Origin: Octopus sinensis
Taxonomy: Eukaryota
NCBI RefSeq assembly: GCF_006345805.1
Contig: NC_043000.1
Span: forward strand, 11,656,001 to 11,720,000
Length of the DNA stretch: 64,000 nt
Reading direction: 5' to 3'
In this document: piece by piece, positions 1 to 12,963 of the stretch
How the letters are laid out: each line of letters opens with the position of its first letter
Position numbering within the stretch: the first letter of the stretch is position 1
Notes under the pieces: model-generated
The model's database searches: none
What the model was told of the DNA's origin: nothing
What the model saw: the letters and a program-made list of their open reading frames with translations, nothing else
Program-made: the position numbers and the translations under genes

Positions 1-157
1 TCTGATGACAAATAAATCAGCATCATATCAACAATTCCAAAAAGGTGCTACCAAAATGGCTGTGACAAAATGTCTCTTATTCACCAAAGGTTGTCAAACG
101 TGTTTGAATTCCCCCACCATCACTCCCACACACACACACACCATCACCACCACCACC

Positions 158-190
<33 letters not shown>

Positions 191-317
191 TGCCACCACT
201 GCTGTCATCATTGTCATCGTCATCCTTATTTAACATCGATGTCTCTATGCCAACAGGATCTGACAGGTGTGAGGACCACATAATGCTCTCGTGTCTGATT
301 TAGCATGGTTTCTACAC

Positions 318-583
318 ATAAAAAGCACTATCAGAATGTGGACGATGCCAGCGCCGCCGCCTTGACTGGCTTCCATACTGGTGGCACGTAAAAAGCACCA
401 ACCAATCGAGGCCGCTGCCAGCCTCCCCTGGCACCTGTGCCGGTGGCATGTAAAAAGCACCTACTACACTCACGGAGTGGTTGGCATTAGGAAGGGCATC
501 CAGCTGTAGAAACACTGCCAGATCAGACTGGAGCCTGGTGCATGGAAAACGGACGGTAAACGATGATGATGATGATGATGATG
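318..583 (+). mobile_element. RTE-type 3' tail (LINE end or RTE-tailed SINE) ending in (GAT)n
   Basis: Contains GGCATTAGGAAGGGCATCCAGCTGTAGAAAC...CATGGAAAACGGACG followed by (GAT)n. The same sequence recurs reversed at 2110, 4768 and 45995 and forward at 48660. Confidence 0.75.
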
Positions 584-2109
584 AGTTTTCTTTCTTTAAC
601 ATTTTACAGAGTCCAACCTACCTGAGTTAATGTGTGAAAAACAAAATAAGAATTTCGAAAGAAGTTTCTATAAAACTTGATTTTAAACATACATTAAATG
701 GCTATATGGGTCCACCAGAATAAAATAGTAATCAAAGGGTCTATAGATAAAAAAATAGTTGAGAACCCCTGATCTACAGCAATGAGGACATGTTGTAACA
801 GGAGTACAAGGAGATAGGACATTTGAGCTTGAGATAGTACAAATGTTCTTGAATTTACCTCGACATAGTTAAACTGCTGCCATTCAACATGACATGTATA
901 CAGAGGGTGAAATATATAGCCTACTGCATCTGAGGTAGTCATCAGGTGCCTAAACTGTCCAACGACAACAACAGCAAAAAACTTGGTTTTACATCTAGCA
1001 ACATCACAATAAAGTTCACCAGTTTCAAGTAACAAGCATTAAGCAGATCTGGTTGCTTGAACTGGCGTGGCACCTTCCCCCCCCCCCCATCCATATTAAT
1101 TCTCTCTTTCTCTTCGATGAGCTGATAGGAAGACCCTTTGAGGTGTGAAGCGTGGGGGTGGGTGATGGATTTAAACATTCAGCATAAAACTTTTGTAATG
1201 TTAACAGAAATTCTGGATAGGGTAAATAGCCAACACATCAACATGTAAGAGATATAAAGTAAAAGAATAAAAAAAAAAAAAAGGAAAAATAAACGAATAA
1301 ATTAACAAAAAAAAAATACTGATAATTTCAAAAGTAAATGTAGGAAATATAGCTGGAAATAGTCAAGTATTGTAATCAGGTGTATGTCACATCACGACAC
1401 AGCACAAGAATTATTCCACATAAAGAGACACCATCAAATTGTTTGCTTCACTCCAAAAGTCAGTTTAATGACTCTGTTTGGGGAGTGGGGGAGAGAGAGA
1501 GAGGTGGGGAGATGCAGGGAAGAGAGAGAGAGAGAGAAAGAGAGAAGTACAACAACCACTATTACAACAAGAAACACTAAAAGATCACTTTACATTGTAA
1601 ATACTCTCCAGGAACAACAACAACAACAACAACAACAGGATGATGATGCTAACAAAAAAAAAGGTCAGTAAAAAGGATAAATGGGAGGTTAGGAGTGGTT
1701 GGTTCTATAAAATGGTCATTTTACTAACTGATGATATTATTGGACCGATAATGTCAAAAGGTGGGATAATGGTAAAGTGCTTGGTTGTAGGGGGAGTTGA
1801 GTGCCGGATGGACTATACTTGATAATAATTTGATGAGTTGTTTGGTGACTCAAAGAGTTCTGGTTTCAAATCATGCTGTTGCTGAGATGACATTTTTTTA
1901 ATGAATTTTAATTCCTCTCAGATCAAATGACACATTGGCTACTAATCCACCTGAAACCACTCCTAGTTCTGTGATACAAACTTTGTTTTAAAGTGATCGG
2001 TAGGAGGAATATTCAGCAATCACCTGATATCATGATTCACTAGAATATTGCCCATGTGATCAACAAAATTTGACCAATCACAACTTTGCATCAAATAGGC
2101 TTCAACAAT

Positions 2110-2335
2110 CATCATCATCATCATCATCGTTTAACATCTGCTTTCCATGCTAGCATGAATTGGACGATTTTGACTGAGGGCTGGCAAACCAGATGGCTGC
2201 ACCAGGCTCCAATCTTGATCTGGCAGAGTTTCTACAGCTGGATGCCCTTCCTAACGCCAACCACTCTGAGAGTATAGTGGATGCTTTTTACGTGCCACCG
2301 GCACAAGGGCCAGTCAGGCGGTACTGGCAATGACC
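2110..2335 (-). mobile_element. RTE-type 3' tail copy
   Basis: (CAT)n followed by TTTCCATGCTAGCATG...GGATGCCCTTCCTAACGCCAACC; reverse complement of the 318-583 family. Confidence 0.75.
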
Positions 2336-2904
2336 TCCTTTTTTTTTTGTCTTTCAGTGCGATTCATTCTGAGCTTATCAAGCAGTACAGAGTCAGTAGA
2401 TCACAAATACTAGACAGAGAGCTTTCAACAGAGATGGCTGACAACACAAAGGCAATGAACAACATTGCAAGTCTGAAAGTAGCCAGCAAGCAACTAACCA
2501 CACTTTAACTGCTTCTACAACTACACCAAGGACGAAATCTCTCACAATGTTTTGTTGTTCATAGTAATGACAATTATTATTTGTTGTGTATGAAAAGAAT
2601 AAATCGTTGTTTATCAAAACCTCAACAGTTTCCTGTGTTTCTTTCTGTACTGATCTACATTTAAACCTATCAAAATTCCACGTGAATTTATGTTAATAAA
2701 TGCATTGGACACACCCAACTCATGCAAGTATCGAAAAATGGGCATAAAATGGTGATTGCATTTGTGATCAAGTATCAACTTCACATGGTTCAGCATTCTG
2801 AAAGCCTGACAGAAACAAAGAATTGAAACATTATAAAAATCAATGAACGAAGATCAATGTATCCATTTGTCCCCACTAGAAAGAATAAATATAACAGAGA
2901 TAGT

Positions 2905-3208
2905 CATGTGATCATGTGACTGACCAGGCTATCAGATGTTGCTCCACATCGCCGGTCACAATGCGCTTTGCATCGTTTTAGCCTTCAAATGACACCACCC
3001 CGCTGGCTAAGTGAGCAGGCCAACATAAGAAAGAGTGAGAGAAAGTTGTGGTGAAAGAGTACAGCAGGGATCGCTGCCATCCCCTGCCAGAGCCTTATGG
3101 AACTTTAGGTGTTTTCGTTCAATAAACACAACGCCCAGTCTGGGAATCGAAACCGCGATCCTATGACTGCGAGTCTGCTGCCCTAACCACTAGGCCATTG
3201 CACCTCCA
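2905..3208 (-). mobile_element. tRNA-derived SINE (family C2 head with an alternative tail)
   Basis: Head and body are the reverse complement of 57338-57520 (GGAGGTGCAATGGCCTAGTGGTTAGGGCAGC...GTTTCGATTCCC, A and B boxes). The 3' half differs. Confidence 0.75.
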
Positions 3209-3876
3209 ATAACAGAGATAATAGGGTCCTGTAAAAAATTCTGTACATGATAATAAACTGGCCAAATATCAGTTTCAAATTTTGACACAAGACCATCGAC
3301 TGGGTGGGTGGTGGGGCATTAAGTTGATTACATTGACATCACTGCTCAACTGATACTTATTTTATTAGCACCATAAGGATGAAAAGCAATATCGACCTGG
3401 GCAGGATCTGAACTCAGAACGTAAAGATGGATGAAATGCCACTAAGTATTTTGCCTGATATGCTTACTGTCTTACAAACTCTACAAACTGAATGAGCTGA
3501 TTTATCTAACAGCAGTGGTAGCAGAATGGACAGAGCCTGATCTTAACAGAAATAAACTCTTGACTAAGTACCACTAAGCCAAAATGAAAAGAAAAGAAGT
3601 AATAAAGGAAAGAAACCTTTTAGTGAATAAGGATTTGATTAAACTGGAAAAAAATTCTGCCTTCAGTTCTTTTGATCATCTTCACTTCAACCACTTTTAC
3701 CAGAGTGACCAGACTGGAATGAGATGATTGGGTGCTCTGTCTCAACACTGACAATTTGGCATGGCCGGCTGGATGATCAGCTTGTTTTGGCGACAGTAAT
3801 GTTCTGACACTGAAAGCAAACACACATATACATACATATGAATGTGCACACAGAAATATACACATACAGCTGCAGA

Positions 3877-3908
<32 letters not shown>

Positions 3909-4767
3909 AAGAGAGAGACATTAAAATATCTGATGTTAAATAAGTCAACATCAAATTAGCAATGTTAAATAAGCAGCAACAAAACTGCAGCTCTAAAACA
4001 TTGCATACCCCCACCAGACAGTGGAAAATTGCCAGCCTTTCCTATTTAAAGGAATGTGACAAGACGTTCATTAAATGAGCACTCAGTGCTATATAAACCC
4101 ACTGATCAACCATGTTTTGACAGAGTGAGTGCATATAGAATGGTTTCACCATTCTGGCCACATCTCAGGACAGGCCCAGCTGACAGCATTTCCATACCTG
4201 TTGAGCTTGACTTGAACCAACAACTACCCTCTAAGGACACTTAAGTTTTCATTAAGAACATTCCCAACACTGCTTCTTTATAGAGGAACTTTCATTGGGT
4301 ACATTCCAGCTGCCACACACCCAGACTTAGTCTTGATTTGACTCATCACTGCTGCTCTCTCTCAAAGGGATGAGCAGTGGAGAACCATTCCTAACAAAAA
4401 GAGACTACACCTACAAAGCCACAATGGTCAAAGATATTGGGGACAGGACAAAGGCAAAATACAAAAGAAAAATGGTTACTAAAATAGGAAAACACTACTG
4501 ATTCTGAAATACAAAAGCACCGACAATTCTTGGAACTAAAGAACTAACTTATTGGCAATCAAGCCAATGGTATACATTTGTACACTATATCAAGCTGCAT
4601 GCTCTTGTTATGCAGATAAATTCACTGACAGGACATTGGCTAGCCCAGGGCTATAGTAGAAAACACCAAAGATGCCATGCAGTGGGACTGAACCTGAAAC
4701 CATGTGGTTGCAAAAAAAAAGCTTTTTTTAACCACACAACCATTATTGAAGAAATATTTTATTTGTT

Positions 4768-4945
4768 TCATCATCATCATCATCATCATTGTTTAACATC
4801 CGCTTTCCATGCTGGCATGGGTTGGACAGTCTGACTGAGGACTGGCAAGTCAGAAGGCTGTACCAGGTTCCAATCTGATCTGGCAAGGTTTCTGCAGCTG
4901 GATGCCCTTCCTAACGCCAACCACTCTGAGAGTGTAGTGGGTGCT
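4768..4945 (-). mobile_element. RTE-type 3' tail copy
   Basis: (CAT)n followed by CCGCTTTCCATGCTGGCATGGG...GGATGCCCTTCCTAACGCCAACC. Confidence 0.75.
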
Positions 4946-6633
4946 CAATATCTGTCCCCAATATCTGCCAAAGATACTGGGGACATAACAAAGGCAAAAT
5001 ACAAAAGAAAAATGGTTACTAAAATAGGAAAACACTACAGATTCTGAAATACAAAAGCGCCGACAATTCTTGGAACTAAAGAACTAACTTATTAGACATC
5101 AAGCCAATGGTATACATTTGTACACTGTATCAAGCTGCAGGCTCATTTTGATGAAAAAAATGTCTTACTTGAGGGAAAAAGTGGTGGTGAAAAGAGATAC
5201 AAAGTTATAAAGAGCAGCTCCTGGTAGACTGGACAATAATTGAGAACAGCAAGAAGTGGAGCAAAATTAAATTTCAGCATGGTGCCGATTGATTACTGAA
5301 GAGTATTTGATTGTATGCCATACTGTTAGATGTTGAAGACACTACAAATAAATACAGCAGCTATAATTTAAAAGTAGTTTATCAACCATGACATGTCAAC
5401 AGAGAAAGTAACTACTGTATCACTGTAAGGCAAGAAGATGAGAGAAGTCGTCCTTAACTCTTTTGCTTCTATTATTCTGTTGAAACACAGAGCCTTTGCT
5501 TCAATCAATTTCGAAAATAATAATAATAAAACTTAGTAAAATAATGTAATCATCGTTAATCTAGTGTTGAAGGCAGTGAGCTGGCAGAATTATTAGTGTC
5601 AGATGAAATATACAGCAGCATCTCTTCATGCTCTTTATGTTCTGAGTTCAAATTCTGCCATTGTCAACTTGGCCTTTTATCATTTCAGGGTCAATAAAAT
5701 AAGTACCAGTAATCAACTAAACCCCTCCTTCATACAGAGAGGAAGGGGCTTGATGGAAATAGGGAACTATTATAAAGTAATATTATAAGGTTAAGAAAAA
5801 TTACTTAGAAGTAAGCAAAAAGAAATTAATTAGGATGAGAAATGAACATGAAGAAAACAAAAATTTTCTTTTAGGCTGTGTGGTTCAGTAGCTCACTTTG
5901 ACACCATATGGTCTCAGGTTCAGTCCCAGTGTAGACACCCTGAGAAAGTATCTTTACTATAGATGACCAATACCTTGTGAAACTGTGTGGAAGCCTGTTG
6001 TATGTAATTATGACATCTTCTAGAGGTGGAGATCATTTTAATAAATCAAGAATTTATGCTGTATGGTATTTGATATACCTGTATTTGTGTTCAAATACAT
6101 GCCACTGGCCACTCTTTTTCTCTTAGCTTATTTTTGCTTAAATTATGCAAACTACTCTGTTTTGTATACGTCCAATTCCTTTGGCTACAGAAGATAAGGT
6201 AAGATAATTATCATGCTGGTAACAGTTATTGAGTAAGAAACATGCCCACTACTGTCCTTTTATCCCCAGGCATAAGCCTGTCCTAGCATGACAACTTCGG
6301 CAAATTCTTGTCTCTTGAGATTATATGCCTTTCTTGAATGGAGCTGGTTTAAATTTCCATTTGGTAACTATAATGCAGCCTCTAGAGGTGGAGATAATTT
6401 TAATAAATCAAGAATTAATGTTGTATGGTATTTGATATATCTTTATCTAAATATGACAGTGACCTGGCTATGATAATCTGAGACATATTTGTCCAAACTG
6501 TCAAAACAACCTGTCCAGTTGTCAAAATCAAAATGTGACTCTGGTAGACATCTCAACCTCTTCTAACCAAAATATTACACAAAAAACAATCAAAAACTAT
6601 TCCAAAGTACAAGGTATGAAAGCAGTGCCATAA

Positions 6634-6826
6634 CTTGGTTGTAGGTACCAAGCTTGGTTGTAGGTACCCAGCTTGGCTGTAGGTACCAAGCTTGGTTGTA
6701 GGTACCAAGCTTGGTTGTAGGTACCAAGCTTGGTTGTAGGTACCAAGCTTGGTTGTAAGTACCAAGCTTAGTTGTAAGTACCAAGCTTGGTTGTAGGTAC
6801 CAAGCTTGGTCGTAAGTACCAAGCTT
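6634..6826. repeat. 19-bp minisatellite, about 10 copies (CTTGGTTGTAGGTACCAAG)
   Basis: Read directly from the sequence; the 19-aa periodicity of the overlapping ORFs confirms a 19-nt unit. Confidence 0.95.
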
Positions 6827-6889
6827 TCCCTAACTATTTTAGGATCCTATAATACTTGTGAGCAAACATCCTTGACGCATCATATAATC

Positions 6890-7305
6890 CACAAGCTGTG
6901 GCAGTGTGGTAAGAAGTTTGCTTCCCAACAACATGGATTTGGGTTCAGTCCCACTGTGAGGTACCATGGACAAGTGTCTTCTACAACAGACCTAGGCCAA
7001 CCAAAGCCTTGTGAGAGGATTTGACAAACAGAAACTAAAAGAAGCCCTTCATATGAATCTCTCTCTCTCTCTCTCTCTCTCTCCATCTCTCTCTTTCCTT
7101 GCCTTGGCATCATGTGGTAGTTGTAAATAAGTGTCACTGTCATTTTTAACATTCCAAGAAAATATGTTTGGTTATGGGGAAATATTACCTTATTTGGAAA
7201 AAGATGAAGGTTGGTGACAAGAAAGGCATTGGACCATAGAAAATCCATCTCAAATTCTGTCTGACCCATGTAAGTATGGAAAAGTGGACATTAAAACAAT
7301 GATGA
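6890..7305 (+). mobile_element. tRNA/CORE SINE (family B head) with RTE-type tail, CpG-decayed
   Basis: B-family head (GGTTCAGTCCCACTG...GGACAAGTGTCTTCTAC), internal (TC)n, tail ...CCCATGTAAGTATGGAAAAGTGGACATTAAAACAATGATG. Confidence 0.7.
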
Positions 7306-7443
7306 AAAAAAAAAACCAGTGAAAGTAGAGAGGGTTGCACCAACAGTCAGCTGGTACTCAATTCAGCTGAATAGACAGGAATAACATGAAATGAAAGGCC
7401 TAGATCAAGAGCACAACATGCCACCTGGTCCAGGAACTGAACC

Positions 7444-7830
7444 TACCGTAAATCCTCGAGTATAGTCTGCCCTTCAGTATAATACGTAGGGGATTTTTAG
7501 GGGGCTGTATTTTTGAAAAACCTAAACCTTGTGTATAATACGCACCCCTTCTCTAACTTGAGTCGTGCGTAATTAAACCAGCAGCACCTAGTCGAACAAA
7601 CACTTCCGTGCATGTGTAATACAATAATGGTGATGTTCTTAACTGTTATATGGGAATGTAAATATGTTTGCAAGTTGTTTTTGTTACATGTTATTCTGTG
7701 TTCTGAATACTTTTATTTTAATAAATGTTGCTTACTGTAAGTTATGGATGATTCTTTTATGACTTCATTGCTTTCAGGCTTAGCTTAAGGTATTTTCGTG
7801 CCCCGACATCACAAAATGCGTCTGAATAAA
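7444..7830 (-). mobile_element. Terminus of a Tc2/pogo-like DNA transposon, cut by the assembly gap
   Basis: TA followed by CCGTAAATCCTCGAGTATAGTCTGCCC with subterminal TATAATACG repeats, resembling Tc2-type TIRs from memory. No second end is visible. Confidence 0.5.
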
Positions 7831-7930
7831 NNNNNNNNNNNNNNNNNNNNNNNNNNNNNNNNNNNNNNNNNNNNNNNNNNNNNNNNNNNNNNNNNNNNNN
7901 NNNNNNNNNNNNNNNNNNNNNNNNNNNNNN
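7831..7930. other. Assembly gap (100 N)
   Basis: Run of N. Confidence 1.
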
Positions 7931-8818
7931 ACTCTCGCATATTGCCCAACTTTTTATTCCATACTTTCCCTTTGAAGGAATATTACATATTTCCCTTTGA
8001 AGGAATTTTAATTCCATATTTGCCTTTGAAGGAATATATACCCAGAATGGACAGCGGCCTCTGAATGAAACTAATTGTTCATCAACTGTCATGCATAAAC
8101 TTAGAACATATCCATCTTGCAAATTCTGGTTCCACATTTCAAATACTTTCTTATGGGCTCCAATTTATCATCACTTCTCTTTTTTCTTCTTCCACTAGCA
8201 TCATCAAAACACAATACTTCATAAATCTGTTGAAATTTTCCCCGGCTCATAATTTTGTTGAATAGTGGGCGGCCATCTTCTTGACTCCATAACTGTGTGA
8301 CATTTTAATGTTTAGATTTATAAACGCCTATAAGAATAATCAGTCCAATAAATTTCTTTAGTTCAGAGTGATCAGTTTCCTTCCATTTATCTTTGTAAAC
8401 AACCTGACCTTCAACATTTGTCCATTTACGAATTACTTCAAGAAGATTCTAGCGCATAAAGATAGTAAAACATGTTTCAATGCTACTGCAAGACCTTTTA
8501 GCAAAACGGGATGGTCCACATTCTTGGCGCACACTATTGCAAGATGAAGTTCTTACTGCTGCTTGAGTAAGAGGATTTGAATGCCAAACTTCTTGTCTGT
8601 CTTTAGAAATAATTCATAATTGGGTGGCTTGCAGCTAATTGTTTTTGAATATCTTCATCATCTGATACCACAGAATCTAAACTGTCCAGCACACAATCAC
8701 TTTCACCATCATCTTCAAAGCAATAGAAGGAATCACTACTATCTTCTTCCCATTCTTCATCTAATTCCAATAACCTTTTCGATATTTAGTCTTCACTCAA
8801 GTTTTCACGTCTAAGCAT
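7931..8818 (-). pseudogene. piggyBac (PGBD4-like) transposase relic, N-terminal half
   Basis: Acidic N-terminus, then ELKKFIGLIILIG...LWSQEDGRPLFNKIMSR...FDD...DKLEPIR...MTVDEQLVSFRGRCPFWVYIPSK/GKYGIK. Has stops and frameshifts and is truncated at the gap. Confidence 0.9.
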
Positions 8819-10342
8819 ATTGGAAAGCATAACTGAACTATATGAAACTTGATAGCAGACTAAAGGCAGATATTGCTCTCTCACATATTTATACTCTCCT
8901 GAAAGATGATGCAATATATTGTAAGAATTGCGCCATCACATATTGCATCACCTTGTAACCTAGCAGATTGAAGGTGATGCAATACCACACAAATTTACAG
9001 GAATATTTTCTTAATTTTTCCTATTTTATCTAAAATTCAGCAAATAAATTGAATACAATTTTATTTATTTTATATCTGATAAATATCTAGGAAAATAATA
9101 TTTGATACTGCTTTTATTCTGTTTAGAATGACAAGAGTATTGTCTGAACTTAATTCGAGGGTCGCTAAGTTCTGAGTTCAAATTTCGCCGAGGTCAACTT
9201 TGCCTTTCATCCTTTCAGGGTCGATAATATAACTACCAGTTGAACATTGGGGTCGATGTAATCGACACTTTTTCAAGCTGTCCTTGAGGCAAAAATTTGA
9301 AATAATTATTATAAACATCATAAACTCTTTGTTTTAATCTTTCCTTTTTTTAATATTTTAGTCAAGAGAGAAGGCAGAACCCATAATCCGTTACTCCGAG
9401 ACTTGTGGGAAGTAAGTAAGAAAGTATCTCCAAACCGGAAACCTGGGCCGAATGCAACGGAATAGACTCCGCTAAAGGCGCCCTCAGAACAAAGTGGTAG
9501 TATAAAAAAGGGTCGCTGAGTTAAATCTATTACCCGAGCAGGATTTGAACTCAGAACGCAAAGAGCCGGAAGAAATACTACAAGGCGTGCAACCGGTCAG
9601 ATGTTTCTATTGTTCCGCAAACCCAGCATTGTGGATTACTGCTTTCTTTTCATCGATCCTGAAAGGATGAAGGACAAAGTTGACCTTAAAAGAATTTGAA
9701 CTGAGAGTCCAGACAGTTGGGACAACAAATACCATGAAGCCACCGGTGTTAGGGTGTTTACGTCCTCATAGCATAGCGGTTCGGCAAAAAGAGACCGGTA
9801 GAATAAGTACCAGGCTTTACCAAAAAATTCTTCAAGGCGTTGCCCAGCAAGGCTGCAGTTTAACGATTGAAACAATTAAAAGAGAAACAAATTTGAAGAG
9901 TGAAAATGGTCGTTTATATCGAACCCAGAACTGGCAAATATTTGTCGGCTCCAGAAGGACTTAGTCCACGAATTAGGACAGAGGAGAAAGATGTGTGAAC
10001 AATATTTGAAAAGCGAGTGTATATAGATATTGTGATAACATAATATAATATTAACGTAATTCGCACGAGATAGTTGTTAAACACTAAAAATTGTGAGATA
10101 ATTGAGTTGATATATTTATCTGTCACCGGAGACTGTAAAATGAATATAGTATGTCAACATCACCTGAGATCATCGAAGCAATTACTAGGTAACAGCTGCC
10201 TCTAGTGGCTGTCCGAATTCTTAAAAGAAAAATGAGTAAAGGAGCTAACTTCGATACAATCAGTTGGTCGAAAGTTTTGGGCAATACAGATAATACAGAT
10301 TGGCGTGGATCAGACCCTTAACGCCAAAAGGTGAAAACAACA

Positions 10343-10374
10343 AACCATGTTTCGGCCTTTTTAGACCTCTTCAG
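10343..10374 (-). ncRNA. Minimal hammerhead-like core (weak stem I)
   Basis: Minus strand reads CTGAAGA-GGTC-TAAAAA-GGCC-GAAA-C-ATG-G-TT. Stem II forms; stem I pairs poorly. Confidence 0.45.
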
Positions 10375-11790
10375 CAAAACTATTTACAGAGATGACAAGA
10401 TGTGTGTGTGTGTGTGTGTGTGTTTGTCCCCCCAACATCGCTTGACAACCGATGGTGGTGTGTTTACGTCCCCGTAACTTAGCGGCTCGGCAAAAGAGAC
10501 CGATAGAACAAGTACTAAGATTACAAAGAATAAGTCCTGGGATTGATTTGTTCGACTAAAGGCGGTGCTCCAGTATGGCCATAGTCAAATGACTGAAATA
10601 ACTAAAAGAGAAGAGAGTAAAATGCTCGGTTCAATGAATAGCGAAAAGCTAACACTGGATTTGATCTCACGATCTATGAGCATTAGTCATGCACTTTATC
10701 CACTCAGCTACCTCTAAATGCACTGAGCGATGGTGATTTATGAGTGATGATAATTAATTCGAAACAGAATTAGGGTATAAAGGAGAGTAATTTAGTGAAT
10801 GCATTCGCGTTGAACCCTAGTATTGTAGCTGGGTGTGAAGAAAGGGGGTTTGTTGCATAATCTTGTACAGGCGAGGGGAGGTGTGGAGGGAAGCAGGACG
10901 CTCAAGGGCTGCTCTGGGTGGTATATACTCTATCTACACCATTGGTACCCACGTGAGTAAAACGCGGGAAATGCGAACGAGAAGTCGACTAATAAAGTGA
11001 AATAAGAAAGGAGAAAAAATGAAAGGTTATATGAGGTGGGAAATGAGTTGTGAAATGAGAAGAGAAGAAAGTGAAATGTGAAATGAATGAGAATAGTCCT
11101 TTTATTCTTTTAATAGCTTCAGACGTAAAACGACGGCCATGCTGGAGCACCGCCTCGACTTATTTTCTATCGGTTTTCTCGTCATTTATGGCGGGTTGTT
11201 AGTCTATAATTGAGTTTCTAGCAGCTGATTCTTGCCTGGGTGTATCCTTGACTGGTTGGCTGGTCCGGTATCATGGGTAGGAGTTTACCCAATACATTAA
11301 AAAAAATATGCAGCACGGAATTTTGTCAGTGAAGAGGTCGCGGTCTCAAAGTGACGAAAATATTTTGGCAAATTAAATTTAAATGTTGAAGTGAATCTAA
11401 GGTTTTGTGTGTTTCTTAAATGGCTTATGAACACCCACCACGCTGCAATTGTTTTCGTTCCAGCACACGATCTCAGATCAGGTCACTTGCTATGCAAGTA
11501 CATCTCCGTAATTTTTTTTAATGTTTCCTTATATATTTAAGGATTTAAGGATATATTTCGAATTTCTTTAGGCAGGCAGTTTTGAACAGTTAAGAAGCTT
11601 AAATATCAGACTGGTACATCAGAATGTTTTCGCTCGTGATTTCGAAAGCGATAAAAACTATGCTTTTATTTGTTTCAGGCATTGAACTGTGGCCATACAG
11701 GGGTACCGCATTGAAGGGTTTTAGTCGATCAAATCGACCCAGTACTTATTTATTTATTATTTATTTATTTATTTATTATTACTATTATTT

Positions 11791-12205
11791 GGCGAGCTGG
11801 CAGAAACGTTAGCACGCCGGGCGAAATGCTTAGCGGTATTTCGTCTGCGTTACGTTGTGAGTTCAAATTCCGCTGAGGTCGACTTTGCCTTTCATCCTTT
11901 CGGGGTCGATAAATTAAGTACCAGTTACGAACTGGGGTCGATGTAATCGACTTAATACCTATGTCTGTCCTTGTTTGTTCCCTCTGTGTTTAGCCCCTTG
12001 TGGGTAATAAAGAAATAGGTATTTCGTCTGCCGTTACGTTGTGAGTTCAAATTCCGCCGAGGTCGACTTTGCCTTTCATCCTTTCTGGGTCGATAAAATA
12101 AGTACCAGTTAAACACTGGAGTCGATGTAATCGACTCATCTCCTCCCCCAAAGTTGTTGCTCCAAAGTTGTTGCCCTTATGGCAAAATTTGAAACCATTA
12201 TTATC
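11791..12205 (+). mobile_element. tRNA-derived SINE family A dimer (A1 nested in A2)
   Basis: Head GGCGAGCTGGCAGAAACGTTAG...GAGTTCAAATTCC and conserved body GTCGACTTTGCCTTTCATCCTTTCGGGGTCGAT. The second unit resumes at GGTATTTCG (12018). Confidence 0.9.
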
Positions 12206-12212
12206 ATTATTA

Positions 12213-12430
12213 AAGCGATAAGCTGGCAGAATCGTTAGCACGCCGGGCGAAGTGCTTGGCGGTATTTCGCCCGTCGCTACGTTCTGAGTTCAAATTCCGC
12301 CGAGGTCGACTTTACCTTTCATCATTTCGGGGGTCGATGAAATTAAGTAACAGTTGAGCACTGGGGTCGATGCAAATTACCCCCCCCCCATACTTCAGAC
12401 CTTGTGCCTTTAGTAAAAAGATAATTGTTA
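12213..12430 (+). mobile_element. SINE family A (A2 tail)
   Basis: Same head and body; tail ...CCCCCC...CCTTGTGCCTTTAGTAAAAAG. Confidence 0.8.
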
Positions 12431-12963
12431 TTAAGTCAGGTATTTAGTCTAGTTGTTACGGGGACGTAAACAAACCAGTACCAGTCTTCAAACAGTTGGT
12501 GGGTGACATACACACACATATATACGATGGGCTTCTTTCAGTTTTCCTCTACCAAATCCACTCACAAGACTTTGATCGGCCCTAGGTTATTGTAGAGGAA
12601 CCTTATTCAAGTTGCCATGCAGTGGGACTGAACTCAGAACTATGTGAAGCAAGCTTCTTACCTCACGGTCAAACCTGGTTGCGAAGCGAGGTTCTTAACC
12701 GCACCGTTAAGCCTGCAAGAAGAAGAAGAAAAGCAATGAGACATGAAATGAAAAGAAGAATGAGACGTGTAATGAATGATAAATGAAATGAAAGTGAAAT
12801 GAAAATGCAACGAGATGTTGAATAAGAAATAGAGTGAGACGCGAAATGAAAATTGGAACGAGAAGTTGAATGAGAAGTGAAATGGAAGGTGAAATGAGAC
12901 GTGGAATGATAATATAAATGGCGATGAAAGAAACAAAGAGTTGGGGAGACAGCACGTGATTCA

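Noticed and set aside
2359-2508. Plus-strand terminal exon AIHSELIKQY...KQLTTL*
   Set aside because: The acceptor is good, but its poly-T tract abuts a TE end, the antisense frame is equally open, and I recognise no homology; unsupported without transcripts.
6019-6438. 60-bp direct repeat pair (6019, 6381) and the ~105-bp tandem duplication at 48105-48305
   Set aside because: These are small diverged local duplications with no further structure; noted only.
6634-6826. Vector polylinker contamination (KpnI-HindIII)
   Set aside because: It is a degenerate tandem array embedded in genomic flanks, with no other vector sequence.
7960-8040. Triplicated IPSK/GKYGIK segment in the piggyBac relic as a novel domain repeat
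   Set aside because: The copies are frameshifted and adjacent to a contig end; a local duplication or assembly error in a dead element is more likely.
7757-8137. Single 126-aa ORF spanning the N gap
   Set aside because: It joins a piggyBac fragment to unrelated sequence across a placeholder gap.
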